In this document: piece after piece, positions 9,440 to 19,863 of the stretch
How positions within the stretch are numbered: position 1 is the stretch's first letter
Layout: each line of letters opens with the position of its first letter
Source: Desulfobulbaceae bacterium
Lineage (GTDB): Bacteria > Desulfobacterota > Desulfobulbia > Desulfobulbales > SURF-16
Direction: 5' to 3'
Length of the DNA: 64,000 nt
Assembly: GCA_027859235.1 (NCBI GenBank)
Contig: JAQIBE010000263.1
Location: 3,568-67,567, forward strand
Made by a program: the position numbers and the translations under genes
Notes under the pieces: generated by a model
The model's input: only the letters and a program-made list of their open reading frames with translations
Databases searched by the model: none
Told to the model about the DNA's origin: nothing

Positions 9440-10986
9440 GTATATTTTCTGGCGATGGTCTGCACACCCAGCTGCTGCATTTTGAGGAGGGTTTCCGGTT
9501 TTTTTCTGTACACGTCAAGTCCCTGTTTGATGGCCTGGACAAGGGCCTTGGCCGTATGTTCCTTATAGCCAAATCCTGTCTTGGCGTGCTGTACCTTTAC
9601 CAGACCTCCCACCTGGTGGACAATGGGCAGGTTGCCGTACAGCTGGGCCATGAAGTCCGTGAGGCCGCAGGGCTCAAATTGGGAGGGGATGATGAAGAAA
9701 TCGCCAGCGGCATAGATTTGACTGGCAAGGACAGGGTCATAGCCCTGGAGTATACATACCCGTCCTGCATATTTACTCTCCCTGGTGAGGCTGATGAGCC
9801 CCTGGGCAATTTGCGGATCGCCGGAGCCGAGGATGAGAACCTGCACCTCTTTGTCCACTGGCAGGAGCTGATGTAATGCCTGGGCCAGCTTGTCCATGCC
9901 TTTCTGGCTGCTGAAGCGGCCAATGGAGGTGAGCAGAGGGATGTCTTGTACCTGTTTGAGACTGCCGTGCTGGATAACGGTGGACAGGCTTTTTTTCTGT
10001 AATGTTTTAACCAGATCTTGCCTGCACAACTCTTTACCCTTTAATTCCCCCTTTTTGACGGAATAGGGAGCAGCAAGGTTCAGCTCTGCTGCTGATTCAG
10101 TATTAAAATCACCGGGGTTTATACCATTGGTGATCCCCTGGATTTTAATGTTGCGGCTCATGAGAAAATGGCCGAGCCAGCCCGTGAGTTCATCAGCATT
10201 TGTTTCCCGCAGTTCCCGGGCGTAGTTCTCGCTGACGGTATTGAGGATGGAATGGGCTGATGCGGCAATGAACGGGTCGAATTTGCCGTCCAGGAGATTT
10301 TTATTAACGAAACTGCGCGGCAGCCCTGTAATGGCGTGGGCAAAGGGCAGATCCGCAATTTCCTGATGGTAGCCGATTCCGGCATTGTGAATGGTGGTGA
10401 GGAAGCCGGTGCGTTTGAAGAAATGGCGGAAGCCGTCAATCTCACGGGCCATGGCCGGAACGAGTGCTGTATGCCCATCATGGCAGTGGATAATGTCGGG
10501 TCGGTCGTTACGGTAAATAAGGGCGCAGAGTCCCCCCTTCTGCAAGAGGACATTCATGGCAAAATAGTCATAATGCCCCTGGCCTGCCCTGTTGAACGGG
10601 TTGATCTTTTCCTCATCCCTGGTGTAGGTATACACGCCCATTTTTTCTTTGAAGCGTGGGGAGTCCAGCAGGAAAATCGTTACAGGACCACGATCTTTCG
10701 CCTGGGTTGTTTTGCCCCAAAGCGTAATGGCTTCAGTGCGCTCGCTGTCGGTGTAATTCATGGCCACGGGGAAAGAACCGCGGTTGCTGAAGCCGAGGGT
10801 TTTCGGGTCAATGAACCCGTAGCACGGCATGATCACTGAAACCTTCATGGCTGTGGCTGTTTTCTGTGGGACATTACCCAGGGCTTCAGCCAGTTGCCGA
10901 CAGACATCCTTGACGCCCCCGGCACCGGCGAGACCATCATACTCCCGGGTGATAAAACAGACGTTTTTTAACTGTTTCTTTGCCAT
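9379..10986 (-). CDS. glgA: glycogen/starch synthase (GT5)
   Basis: 535 aa; FITREYDGLAGAGGVKDVCRQLAEAL, HCHDGHTALVPAMAREIDG, PSQFEPCGLTDFMAQLYGNLPIVHQVGGL. Confidence 0.92.
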   Translation of the reverse strand: MAKKQLKNVCFITREYDGLAGAGGVKDVCRQLAEALGNVPQKTATAMKVSVIMPCYGFIDPKTLGFSNRGSFPVAMNYTDSERTEAITLWGKTTQAKDRGPVTIFLLDSPRFKEKMGVYTYTRDEEKINPFNRAGQGHYDYFAMNVLLQKGGLCALIYRNDRPDIIHCHDGHTALVPAMAREIDGFRHFFKRTGFLTTIHNAGIGYHQEIADLPFAHAITGLPRSFVNKNLLDGKFDPFIAASAHSILNTVSENYARELRETNADELTGWLGHFLMSRNIKIQGITNGINPGDFNTESAAELNLAAPYSVKKGELKGKELCRQDLVKTLQKKSLSTVIQHGSLKQVQDIPLLTSIGRFSSQKGMDKLAQALHQLLPVDKEVQVLILGSGDPQIAQGLISLTRESKYAGRVCILQGYDPVLASQIYAAGDFFIIPSQFEPCGLTDFMAQLYGNLPIVHQVGGLVKVQHAKTGFGYKEHTAKALVQAIKQGLDVYRKKPETLLKMQQLGVQTIARKYTWSKVKDQYIKLYREAWCRE

Positions 10987-11020
10987 TTCCCTCTACCTCT
11001 GTTGTCTACGGATACTCTTC

Positions 11021-12100
11021 TCAGTCCTCAAATCCATCATCCTGAAACAGCTCTTCAGCCTGTTGACGCATGAGATGATCGGCCAGGGTTAGGCACACCA
11101 TGGCTTCACAGACAGGATTGATGCGTGGAATGGCAGCAATGTCATGGCGGCCGCCAATGCGGATTTCAGTGATTTCGTTATCCATATTCACGGTTTGCTG
11201 GGGCTTGTTGATCGACGGGATAGGTTTCACTGCAACCCGCGCAACAATGGGATCACCATTGGAGATCCCGGCCAGAATTCCCCCGGCATTATTGGATGCA
11301 AATCCATCAGGAGTCAGGGAGTCATTGTTTTCAGAACCCCGTGCTGTGGCAGCGGCAAAACCTGAGCCGATTTCCACACCCTTGACCGCGCCAATGGATA
11401 TGAGCGCCCCGGCCAGGTCCGCATCAAGCTTGTTGAATACAGGCTCGCCAAGGCCGGCAGGGCAGCCTGTGGCCATGATCTCAACGATACCGCCAAGGGT
11501 GTCGCCTTCTTTACGCACCTCTTTAATGAGTTTTTCCATCTTCTCAGCCGCCTTGTTGTCAGGACAGCATAACCGGTTTTCATCCAGGGCCTCCATGGAG
11601 AATTGCTCTGCCATGATATTGCCGAGGGCCAGGGTGTAGGCAAACACTTTGATGCCGGAGAATTGCAGGAATTTACGGGCAACAGCGCCAGCCGCAACCC
11701 GCGCCGCTGTCTCCCGCGCTGAGGCGCGGCCTCCTCCGCGATGGTCACGAATGCCATACTTGCAGAAATAGGAAAAATCACCGTGCCCAGGGCGAAAGAT
11801 ATTCTCCAGGTCGGTATAGGATTTTGAATGGGCGTCCTTATTATAGATCACCAGGGTAATGGGTGTGCCTGTAGTGAAATCATTGAAAATACCCGAAAGG
11901 ATCTCCACCTTGTCCGGCTCTTTGCGGGGGCTGGTTGCCCCGCCTTTACCAGGCCTCCTCCGGTCCAGGTCAACCTGAATATCCTCAGCTGTGATGGGAA
12001 TGCCTGCCGGACAACCATCAATGGTGGCACCAATAGCGGTTCCATGGGACTCACCCCACGTGGTTACTCTGAAAACTTGTCCGAATGTATTTCCTGCCAT
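11021..12100 (-). CDS. aroC: chorismate synthase
   Basis: 359 aa; MAGNTFGQVFRVTTWGESHGTAIGATIDGCPAG, RPGHGDFSYFCKYGIRDHRGGGRASARET. Confidence 0.97.
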   Translation of the reverse strand: MAGNTFGQVFRVTTWGESHGTAIGATIDGCPAGIPITAEDIQVDLDRRRPGKGGATSPRKEPDKVEILSGIFNDFTTGTPITLVIYNKDAHSKSYTDLENIFRPGHGDFSYFCKYGIRDHRGGGRASARETAARVAAGAVARKFLQFSGIKVFAYTLALGNIMAEQFSMEALDENRLCCPDNKAAEKMEKLIKEVRKEGDTLGGIVEIMATGCPAGLGEPVFNKLDADLAGALISIGAVKGVEIGSGFAAATARGSENNDSLTPDGFASNNAGGILAGISNGDPIVARVAVKPIPSINKPQQTVNMDNEITEIRIGGRHDIAAIPRINPVCEAMVCLTLADHLMRQQAEELFQDDGFED

Positions 12101-12167
12101 GGTGTATTCCTTATAAATAGGGGCTGCTTGGGTTATGGGTGCTCAGATGCGCAATTATTCTCATGGT

Positions 12168-12695
12168 CTACGTCTTTAAATATTTCATCACCTGGGTGAT
12201 AATATCCTCCGCCGCGTCGGTGGCGTCAAGGGTCAGATGACTACTTGTCTCATAAAGCGGGGTGCGTTCCCTCAGGACCGGTGATACTTCCTGCTGGATG
12301 TCCTCTCCTGTAAGGGATGGCCGTTGGCTGTCTGAAACGGCATCATTGGCCAGCCGCCGGCAAATGGTCTGGATATCCGCCTTGAGCCAGATCACCAGGC
12401 CGCTTTGTTTTAGCGATGGCCAGATATCCTGGTGGAGGATGGCCCCTCCGCCCGTGGCAATGACATGATTTTTCTGGTCGGCCAGTTCAACAAGCATCTC
12501 TTTTTCCCGCTGTCTGAAATAATCCCAGCCATGCTGTTGTACCATGTCAGCAATGCATCGGCCTTCCTGCTGTTCAATGGCCTGGTCGACATCAACGAAA
12601 GAAAACCCCAAGCGGTCAGCAAGGAGGCGGCCGACAGTGGTCTTGCCTGTGGCACGGTAGCCGATAAGGATAATATTGACAGGGTTTGTTGCCAT
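12168..12695 (-). CDS. aroK: shikimate kinase
   Basis: 175 aa; ILIGYRATGKTTVGRLLADRLGFSFVDVDQAIE, VIATGGGAIL. Confidence 0.93.
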   Translation of the reverse strand: MATNPVNIILIGYRATGKTTVGRLLADRLGFSFVDVDQAIEQQEGRCIADMVQQHGWDYFRQREKEMLVELADQKNHVIATGGGAILHQDIWPSLKQSGLVIWLKADIQTICRRLANDAVSDSQRPSLTGEDIQQEVSPVLRERTPLYETSSHLTLDATDAAEDIITQVMKYLKT

Positions 12696-12955
12696 GGTCT
12701 TAGTTCGCGGGGTAAAGGTTTCTCAAATGTTTCTATCATAAAAACAGGTTGGCTCAAAGAAAGGAATTGTTTTCACACGGATTCCCGGAGATCTCATTGT
12801 TTTTGGTGTGAAAAAAAGGTGATGCGTTTGCTGCTGCGATTAATATGATCCATATTTGATATGTACACGATCTGATCGTTTGGTGTATGGTTAATCGTGC
12901 TGTTTATGTGGTTAGGCTGTCCTGTTTTAGAATACCTTGTGTTTTTATTCAATAA

Positions 12956-14782
12956 GTGAGTTTCATGATGCAAAATACCGCGGGTTTCCGCCAGGCAATA
13001 TCCTTTGACGATCTCTTAAAAGACAATGAGCATATCGTTATTGTTGATGATGATAATATGATTCGGGAACCGTTGGCCGAGTATTTGGAGGAGAGTGGTT
13101 TTCCTGTGCTCGAGGCAAGAAATGCGCATGAATTACGTCAGGTTATGGTGCGGGAAAGTGTTGGCCTGATTCTCCTGGACATTGGTCTTCCCGATGAGGA
13201 TGGCGCCTCGCTTATCCCTGAACTTCTCGTGGGCCATCCTGGTACGGCTATAATTATGTTGTCCGGGGTGGCAGATCTCCATGTTGCCATTGATTGTATT
13301 CGTAGCGGGGCAGACGATTATCTCGCGAAGCCTGTTAAGTTCAATGAAATTCTGATTATTGTCAAAAAGGTTCTTGAGAAACGCCGCCTTGTCTTTGATA
13401 ACCAAAAATATCAGGCGGATTTGGAACAGGCTAATTTCCGTTTTGAATTACTCCATCAACTTTCCTTAAAGATTAACTCGGTACATCTGACGACCTCAGA
13501 GCTGGATAAGGTTCTGTATGCTATTTTAGTGGGGATAACCGCCAATGAGGGGTTGCGCTTTAACCGCGCCTTTTTAGCGCTTTTTGACGGGAATAATGTC
13601 TTGACCGGGCGTTTGGCTATTGGTCCATCCTGTCGGGAAGAAGCCGCGGATATCTGGGCGGAATTACAAGGAACCGAGTTGAATTTCCTGGATATGGTTG
13701 ACTCCATGCATGGCTGTATGGACCGGGATACAACGGTGCGGTCCATTGTTGAGCAATTATCTATCCCCGCAGAGGATACGGGTCATGTTTTGGTGCGGTC
13801 GGCGCTGGAGCATAAGAGTTATCTTGTTCAGGACGGGCAGTGTGAGGTGGATGTCCCCCCAGAGTTGGTGACGCTCCTGGGTGAGAGAGACTTTGTTATT
13901 GTGCCGTTATTCTCAGCCAAGCGACCTCTCGGGGTTATTATTGCGGATAATTATGTCATGCATAATCCGATTTCAGCCGCTGATGTTCTCATGCTGGAGC
14001 TTTTCGGTAGTCAGGTGAGTCTGGCTCTTGAGCATAGCCAGTTGCATCATGATATGCAGTCCAAGATTTCTGAGTTACAAGAGGTCACCCATGAGTTGGA
14101 GCACAATAAAGATCTCCTTGTTGAGGCTGAGCGTTATTCCGCCTTGGGCCAGATGGCAGCGCAGATGGTGCATGTCCTGCGTAACCCTATCACCTCCATC
14201 GGCGGCGTGTGCCGGATTCTGGCGAAGAAGATTAATGGCGAAAATTGGGGACGTTATCTCGATGTCATGATCAAAGAAACAGCGCGACTTGAGGGAACAC
14301 TGAGTGATCTGGTCGATTTTGTCAGCCAGGTTGAGCCTGAAAAGACAGTGGCTCCCCTCTACCCTGTTTTGCAGAAGACATTAATGTTGGTGCAGCCCAC
14401 CATGCTGAAACAGGATGTGAAATGGGAGATTGACCTGGACGGGGATGATCCCGAGGTGGATATGGATGTCCGCCAGGTGCGCCAGATGTTTTTACATATT
14501 GTTCGTAATGGCTTGGAGGCCATGGAGGAACATGGCGGTGTTCTCAGAGTGGTTGGGCGAGTTCAAGGTGACAAGGTGGTTGTCGCCATTAAAGATACCG
14601 GGATTGGCATGGCTGAAGTCAATATTGCCAGGGCCAAAGATGCTTTTTTCACCACTAAAACCTATGGCAGCGGTATGGGGCTTGCCATGGTGGAACGCAT
14701 TGTTGAGAGTCATGGCGGTGAATTTAACTTGAAGCGTCATGATCAGGGTATGGAGGCGGTGGTGACGTTGCCTATTGCCTAA
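12956..14782 (+). CDS. response-regulator receiver - GAF - histidine kinase hybrid protein
   Basis: 608 aa; receiver domain (VDDDNMIREPLAEYL...LLDIGLPDEDG...DDYLAKP), GAF-like centre, HisKA/HATPase_c (VHVLRNPITSIGG; IVRNGLEAM; DTGIGM; GSGMGLAMVERIVESHGG). Confidence 0.9.
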   Translation: MSFMMQNTAGFRQAISFDDLLKDNEHIVIVDDDNMIREPLAEYLEESGFPVLEARNAHELRQVMVRESVGLILLDIGLPDEDGASLIPELLVGHPGTAIIMLSGVADLHVAIDCIRSGADDYLAKPVKFNEILIIVKKVLEKRRLVFDNQKYQADLEQANFRFELLHQLSLKINSVHLTTSELDKVLYAILVGITANEGLRFNRAFLALFDGNNVLTGRLAIGPSCREEAADIWAELQGTELNFLDMVDSMHGCMDRDTTVRSIVEQLSIPAEDTGHVLVRSALEHKSYLVQDGQCEVDVPPELVTLLGERDFVIVPLFSAKRPLGVIIADNYVMHNPISAADVLMLELFGSQVSLALEHSQLHHDMQSKISELQEVTHELEHNKDLLVEAERYSALGQMAAQMVHVLRNPITSIGGVCRILAKKINGENWGRYLDVMIKETARLEGTLSDLVDFVSQVEPEKTVAPLYPVLQKTLMLVQPTMLKQDVKWEIDLDGDDPEVDMDVRQVRQMFLHIVRNGLEAMEEHGGVLRVVGRVQGDKVVVAIKDTGIGMAEVNIARAKDAFFTTKTYGSGMGLAMVERIVESHGGEFNLKRHDQGMEAVVTLPIA

Positions 14783-14901
14783 CTCTGAGTTGTAAATGGT
14801 GACCAGTTTTCAGCACAGCTCTTTACGCATTCTCTGTTGTTTGTCCGCATACCCGTATTCCTCTGTTCCTCCCTCCCCCGGGGCTATGCATATTGATTTG
14901 C

Positions 14902-16353
14902 TCACCGCTTCTCAGACCCCGTAAATGCTGAGAGAATAACAGCGGCAGCGCCAATTCCCAGAAAGCAGTAATACGAAAACCGCAGGCTCATTATGAAGGC
15001 GCCGGCCTGCTGATCGGTGTAGTGCTTCATGTCCAGTCCTCCGCTGAAATGCGAGAAAAACAGTGAAAAGGCGAAGCTTGCAAGGGAAATTCCGGCAAGC
15101 ATGCCAAGGGTACGCCCGGTGGACAGAATGGCTGAGACCGTACCTGTGTGTCTGCTTGCAGTTTGCCGCAGAACCATAGTGGAGTTTGGCGAGATAAACA
15201 GGGCCAACCCAACGCCGAAAAATGTTAGACGCAGGGCAACCATAATGGGGGGTGTGTCCACGGATAAGGTGGTGAAGGAAAATAGTCCTGCGGCACAAAG
15301 GCTAAGGCCGCAGGTTGCCACAAGCCTGGCGTCTGTTTTATCGGCAAGCCATCCGGCAATTGGTGCCGTGATGAGGGCTGTGATGGGGATGGCCAGCATC
15401 ACCATGCCGATCTTTGAACTTGAGATATGCAGTACCATGCTCAGATAAAACGGGGTGAGGATGAGGACTGAAAAGAGGCAGAGAAAGGCCATGGCCAAAG
15501 TGATTGAGCCAATGAGGAGGGATCTCTGCTGAAAGAGTTTTGTTGGGATGAGCGGCAATGTGGAGGTGGAATTGCCATTGAAGGACAGGCTGGACTCGCG
15601 GCGGATAAAGAGAATCAGCGCCACGCAGCTCAGCAGGGTTCCGAGAACTAAAAGTTTTGGTTGTATGTCTTGGTGGGTTGCATGGCTCAGGGTATAGGTT
15701 GATGAGGTGAGCAGTATGGTCCACCATACCCCCCCCAGCCAGTCAAAAGGCTGGCTGGGGGGGGGCGGGGCAGAACGGGTGAGTGTCTTCAGGGAAATTA
15801 AAGCCGCCACGGTGCAGATCGGTACCGGCAGTAGAAACAACGTCTGCCATGAGTGATACTCAATGATGAAACCGCCCACTGCTGGCCCAACCATGAGGCC
15901 TAGTGCTGTGGCAATGCCCATTAATCCAAGGGATCGGCCAAGTTCTGCCGATCCAAAGGCCGATTTGATCATGGCTGGGCCGTTGGCCATGAGCATGGCG
16001 GCGCCTAAACCCTGAAAGAATCGACAACCCACCAGAAAGTCAAGGCTGGTTGCTCTGGAGCAGAAAAATGAGCCGGTTCCAAAGATGAAGAGCCCTGCCG
16101 TATAGAGGTTCTCCCGGCCAAAGCGCTGGGCCAGGTGTCCCCAGAAGAGCATGGTCACCGAGGTGGTGAGGAGGTACATCAGCACCACCCAGCCTGTTTG
16201 TCCCAGGCTGGAATTGAAATCATCCATGATATAGGGCAGACTGATATTTACCATGGAGCTGTCCATGGTGGAAAAAAAGACACCTGCCGAAACAAGGAAG
16301 AAAACCAGCCACTTGTTCGGTTGGTGTATGACTTTTCCTGTTTCTTGACCCAT
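14902..16353 (-). CDS. MFS drug:H+ antiporter-like transporter (DHA2/EmrB-type)
   Basis: 483 aa, about 14 TM segments; STMDSSMVNISLPYIMDDF, GRENLYTAGLFIFGTGSFFCS. Confidence 0.88.
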   Translation of the reverse strand: MGQETGKVIHQPNKWLVFFLVSAGVFFSTMDSSMVNISLPYIMDDFNSSLGQTGWVVLMYLLTTSVTMLFWGHLAQRFGRENLYTAGLFIFGTGSFFCSRATSLDFLVGCRFFQGLGAAMLMANGPAMIKSAFGSAELGRSLGLMGIATALGLMVGPAVGGFIIEYHSWQTLFLLPVPICTVAALISLKTLTRSAPPPPSQPFDWLGGVWWTILLTSSTYTLSHATHQDIQPKLLVLGTLLSCVALILFIRRESSLSFNGNSTSTLPLIPTKLFQQRSLLIGSITLAMAFLCLFSVLILTPFYLSMVLHISSSKIGMVMLAIPITALITAPIAGWLADKTDARLVATCGLSLCAAGLFSFTTLSVDTPPIMVALRLTFFGVGLALFISPNSTMVLRQTASRHTGTVSAILSTGRTLGMLAGISLASFAFSLFFSHFSGGLDMKHYTDQQAGAFIMSLRFSYYCFLGIGAAAVILSAFTGSEKR

Positions 16354-16554
16354 GATTTTTTTTATTCGTCTTTTCTTTGTGGAATTTATTCAGTAAAGAT
16401 ACATCTATACATGCATACGGTAACGATTCCGCACGAGCCGCCGTGTTCCCGGCGCTTTACTCTGTCTGGGATATATTAGACGCCAGTACGAATTTGCATA
16501 TTACATAACTACATAAGATACTTTTTAAATTTTTAACATACATAGGTAAAAACA

Positions 16555-17055
16555 ATGAGAAAAAAATTACCCGTTACACTCGTCAGCATATTGGTTGTGG
16601 TTTGTTATTTATTGATAGGGGGGCAATCCCTCTATGCTGCAACGCCTATGCCCCATTTCAGCCTGTCTGATGCTGAAAGCGGAAAACCGGTGGATTCAGA
16701 CTCTTTTTCTGGGAAGGCTAAGCTGGTTGTCTTTTTTGCGACATGGTGCCCGCCCTGTATGGAGGAGGTGCCCATCTTAAAGCAACTTCAGAAGGAGTAT
16801 GGGCAGGATGACTTTACGGTTGTTGGTTTGTCGGTGGACCAGCAAGTGGGAGATGTGCAGCGGTTTATTAAGCGAATCGAGGTGAATTACCCGGTGCTGA
16901 TGGCCGACCGGCAAGTCATAAAAGGTTTTGGCGGGATTCCTGGTGTACCGGTGACCTTTTTGGTGAGCAAAGAGGGCAATGTATTACGGACCTATCCCGG
17001 TCTGGTTCCTCACAAGCTTCTGGAACGGGAAGTGAAGAAAATGCTCGAGAAATAA
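16555..17055 (+). CDS. TlpA/ResA-like thioredoxin-fold protein, exported
   Basis: 166 aa; signal peptide then VVFFATWCPPCMEEVPILKQL and IPGVPVTFLV. Confidence 0.9.
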   Translation: MRKKLPVTLVSILVVVCYLLIGGQSLYAATPMPHFSLSDAESGKPVDSDSFSGKAKLVVFFATWCPPCMEEVPILKQLQKEYGQDDFTVVGLSVDQQVGDVQRFIKRIEVNYPVLMADRQVIKGFGGIPGVPVTFLVSKEGNVLRTYPGLVPHKLLEREVKKMLEK

Positions 17056-17214
17056 GGGCGATAGGCGTTCACACTTAGGTGTGAATGGTCATTCATTTTC
17101 TGATTGACAACCGTTTTTTGATCAGGTAGTGATTGTTCTATTCAATATTAATGCATTGTTTTTGGCCTTGAATAAGTCAGGGCAAAAGAAAATCTGAGAG
17201 AAAGGAGATTTAGA

Positions 17215-17421
17215 ATGAAAAAAGTATTAGCTGTAGCAATGGCAATGGCCCTCACCGCATCTGTAGCTTCTGTAAGCATGGCTTCTCGTTATGTAAAGTG
17301 TACCGTTACATCGGTAGAGGACAGCATTGTAACTATGGATTGTAAAAAAGCGGATAAGCTTTCTGCTGGTCAAGATGTAAAAGTTAAAGCTGCGAAGAGA
17401 AGAGCTATCGAAGGTTGCTAA
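17215..17421 (+). CDS. small exported protein (68 aa), Cys-containing
   Basis: Good SD (GAAAGGAG), signal peptide MKKVLAVAMAMALTASVASVSMAS, mature part YVKCTVTSVEDSIVTMDCKKADKLSAGQDVKVKAAKRRAIEGC. Confidence 0.8.
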   Translation: MKKVLAVAMAMALTASVASVSMASRYVKCTVTSVEDSIVTMDCKKADKLSAGQDVKVKAAKRRAIEGC

Positions 17422-17453
17422 GCTTTTTTTTCGGAAGGCTCGTTTAGCTTTTT

Positions 17454-17490
17454 AAAGTCATCTGTCCTGATTGGGCAGGTGACTTTTTTT
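17454..17490 (+). terminator. intrinsic terminator
   Basis: AAAGTCATCTGTCC-tgatt-GGGCAGGTGACTTT followed by T-run. Confidence 0.75.
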
Positions 17491-17824
17491 GTTTAGGGCC
17501 GGTTCTTTTTTTAGAGAAAGGCAGCGCACAGGGACTTCGCTTAAAGATTCATGCTGGAGATCACCAACGCTTTCGGTCTGAGCTATGCTGTTCAGCTCTG
17601 GTGCCCATGAGCTCCAGTCTTGTAAATTGTCCCCTCCAGGTAAAAAAAACGTGCATGGGCTGACGGATTGAGCGTCGGGAAAAGAGGTGGGACCGGCACC
17701 GGAACACAGCTCAAGGTCCCCCTGTTGCGGTGAAGTTGACAATAGATACGATGTCTACTACAAACAATAACTTAGGAATAGACAACCTGGCAGGACATGA
17801 GGCCAATGACGTGGAGAGTGATGA

Positions 17825-19117
17825 GTGAAGCATAAACCCTCAGCGATAAATATAATCTGGTTGGGAATGGTTTTGATAGCCACGGTTGTGGCGTCCTATA
17901 CCGGCACCATGGATGCGGTGACCAAGGCGTCGTTTGATTCAGCCAAGGCGGGTGTCGTCCTGGCCATCGGCCTCATCGGTCCCATGGCCCTTTGGCTCGG
18001 CGTGATGAAGGTGGCGGAGGCGGGAGGGATGATGCGTATTGTGGCCCGGGGCGTTCGCCCGGTGATGGTCCGCCTATTTCCTGAAATACCTCCTGAACAC
18101 CCGGCCATGTCAGCCATTGTGATGAATATGGCGGCGAATGCCCTCGGCCTTGGCAATGCGGCGACGCCAATGGGGATCAAGGCCATGCAGGAGTTGGAAA
18201 AGCTTGCGCCTAAAAAGGGTACCGCGACGAATTCCATGTGTTTGTTCCTGGCGATCAATACCTCCTCGGTGACCATCCTGCCGTTGGGGGTGATTACGGT
18301 AAGGGCCGCGGCCGGGGCGACGTCGCCAGCCGCGATTCTGATTCCGGCCTTCGCGGCCACCTGTTGTTCCACTGTTGTGGCCATTACCATGTCAAAAATA
18401 TTATCACGCCGCAACGAACAACTCTCGGTCGGTCAGCTCGACCAAACTGCAGAGGTTGCGGCCCCGACGGAACCGGTCGAGCTCTGTCCGCCCGGAATCT
18501 GGGGCAGGGGGTTTGTCTGGCTCTGTGTGCTGGCCTTTGTCGGGGGGATCGGTTTCCAGGTAAGTCAGCAGAGTCCCGCTTCTCTTTTTGTGCCGGCTAA
18601 CCTGAATATTATTTCCAATTGGTTGGTGCCGGTTTTACTCTCCTTTCTCCTTATCTTTGGCTATCTCCGCGGGGTTAAGGTGTATGAAACGCTGACGGAA
18701 GGCGCCAAAGAAGGTTTTGCCACGGCCATCCGTATTATCCCCTTCATGGTGGCTATATTTGTGGCCATTGGCATGTTCAGGGCCAGTGGCGCCATGGACC
18801 TCCTCATCCATGTCTTCTCACCCCTGACCAGTCTCATCCATATGCCGGCTGAGGCTTTATCCATGGCCTTTATGCGGCCATTATCCGGGAGCGGTGCCTT
18901 CGGGGTCATGAGTGAGATTGTCAGCCAGGACCCGGACTCCTTTCTCTCGTTTCTCGTGTCCACCATGCAGGGGTCAACTGAAACAACATTTTATGTCCTC
19001 GCCGTCTATTTCGGCAGTGTCGGGATTAGGCGAACCCGTCATGCCCTGCCGGCCGCCCTCTGTGCCGATGCAACCGGGATTCTGGCTGCGGTTTTGATTT
19101 GCAACCTCTGGTGGTAG
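17825..19117 (+). CDS. fused spore maturation protein A/B-like (nucleoside recognition Gate domains)
   Basis: 430 aa; SAKAGVVLAIGLIGPMALWLGVMKVAEAGGMM, MNMAANALGLGNAATPMGIKAM (SpmA-like), then FMRPLSGSGAFGVMSEI and TMQGSTETTFYVLAVYFGSVGI (SpmB-like). Confidence 0.9.
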   Translation: MKHKPSAINIIWLGMVLIATVVASYTGTMDAVTKASFDSAKAGVVLAIGLIGPMALWLGVMKVAEAGGMMRIVARGVRPVMVRLFPEIPPEHPAMSAIVMNMAANALGLGNAATPMGIKAMQELEKLAPKKGTATNSMCLFLAINTSSVTILPLGVITVRAAAGATSPAAILIPAFAATCCSTVVAITMSKILSRRNEQLSVGQLDQTAEVAAPTEPVELCPPGIWGRGFVWLCVLAFVGGIGFQVSQQSPASLFVPANLNIISNWLVPVLLSFLLIFGYLRGVKVYETLTEGAKEGFATAIRIIPFMVAIFVAIGMFRASGAMDLLIHVFSPLTSLIHMPAEALSMAFMRPLSGSGAFGVMSEIVSQDPDSFLSFLVSTMQGSTETTFYVLAVYFGSVGIRRTRHALPAALCADATGILAAVLICNLWW

Positions 19118-19132
19118 CGAGGTGTTTGGTGT

Positions 19133-19666
19133 TTAGCGGGATGACGGTGTTGAGCCCTTTTTTTTGGCAACTCTCCGTTTCCTCTCCAGCCAACGCCGGA
19201 TGATATGCAACCGCCAGAGAATCCGTGTGGCAATAATGCAACCGATTCCCCCGCATAACCCGATGATGAAGCAGCCGAGGAAGAGGGCTGGGTAATGATT
19301 CATAAACCATTCGACATTGAGTCTGGCTGGCGGAATATTTTGTTGTCCCAGGATGAATGCCCCCAGCTTATAGGCAGGGTAATAGAGGGCGACCCAGGTT
19401 AAGGGATTTGAAATCCAGACGATCATGATGGCGGCCGGCAGGTTAAAGCGAAAGCAGATGGCCAGTATGGCGGCAACCGCCATCTGCATGGGGATGGGCA
19501 GATAGCCGATGAAAAAACCGCAGCCGAGGCCGATGGAAATGGTGTTTTTGTTGAGGTACCAGATATGCGGGTCAAAGAGGCGACTACCAAATAGTTTACG
19601 TAAAAAAAGGTTTTCCCTGAGGACTGTTCTTTGGGGTAGAAGTTTTTTGAGTCTTTTTTTAGGCAT
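19133..19666 (-). CDS. DUF2062 membrane protein
   Basis: 177 aa; SIGLGCGFFIGYLPIPMQMAVAAILAICFRFNLPAAIMIVWISNPLTWVALYYPAYKLG. Confidence 0.85.
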   Translation of the reverse strand: MPKKRLKKLLPQRTVLRENLFLRKLFGSRLFDPHIWYLNKNTISIGLGCGFFIGYLPIPMQMAVAAILAICFRFNLPAAIMIVWISNPLTWVALYYPAYKLGAFILGQQNIPPARLNVEWFMNHYPALFLGCFIIGLCGGIGCIIATRILWRLHIIRRWLERKRRVAKKKGSTPSSR

Positions 19667-19863
19667 GGATGAAATAGGTGTCGGCAGAAGTTTGTTAAGA
19701 TAAAAAACTATAGCACACCTGGCCTAGTTACTCTGTATAATCTATTGAGATAGAATATCGATCAGGATAGTCTGTCATTTTCCCCGGTTCCATCTTGCTG
19801 TTACTCGCCTGAAGGGGGGGGGGTAACCTTGAACAGGAACAATAAATTAAGGTTGGAGGGTAT

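Noticed and set aside
17458-17742. 94-aa minus-strand ORF
   Set aside because: Begins within the terminator region, low-quality composition and no motif; left unannotated.
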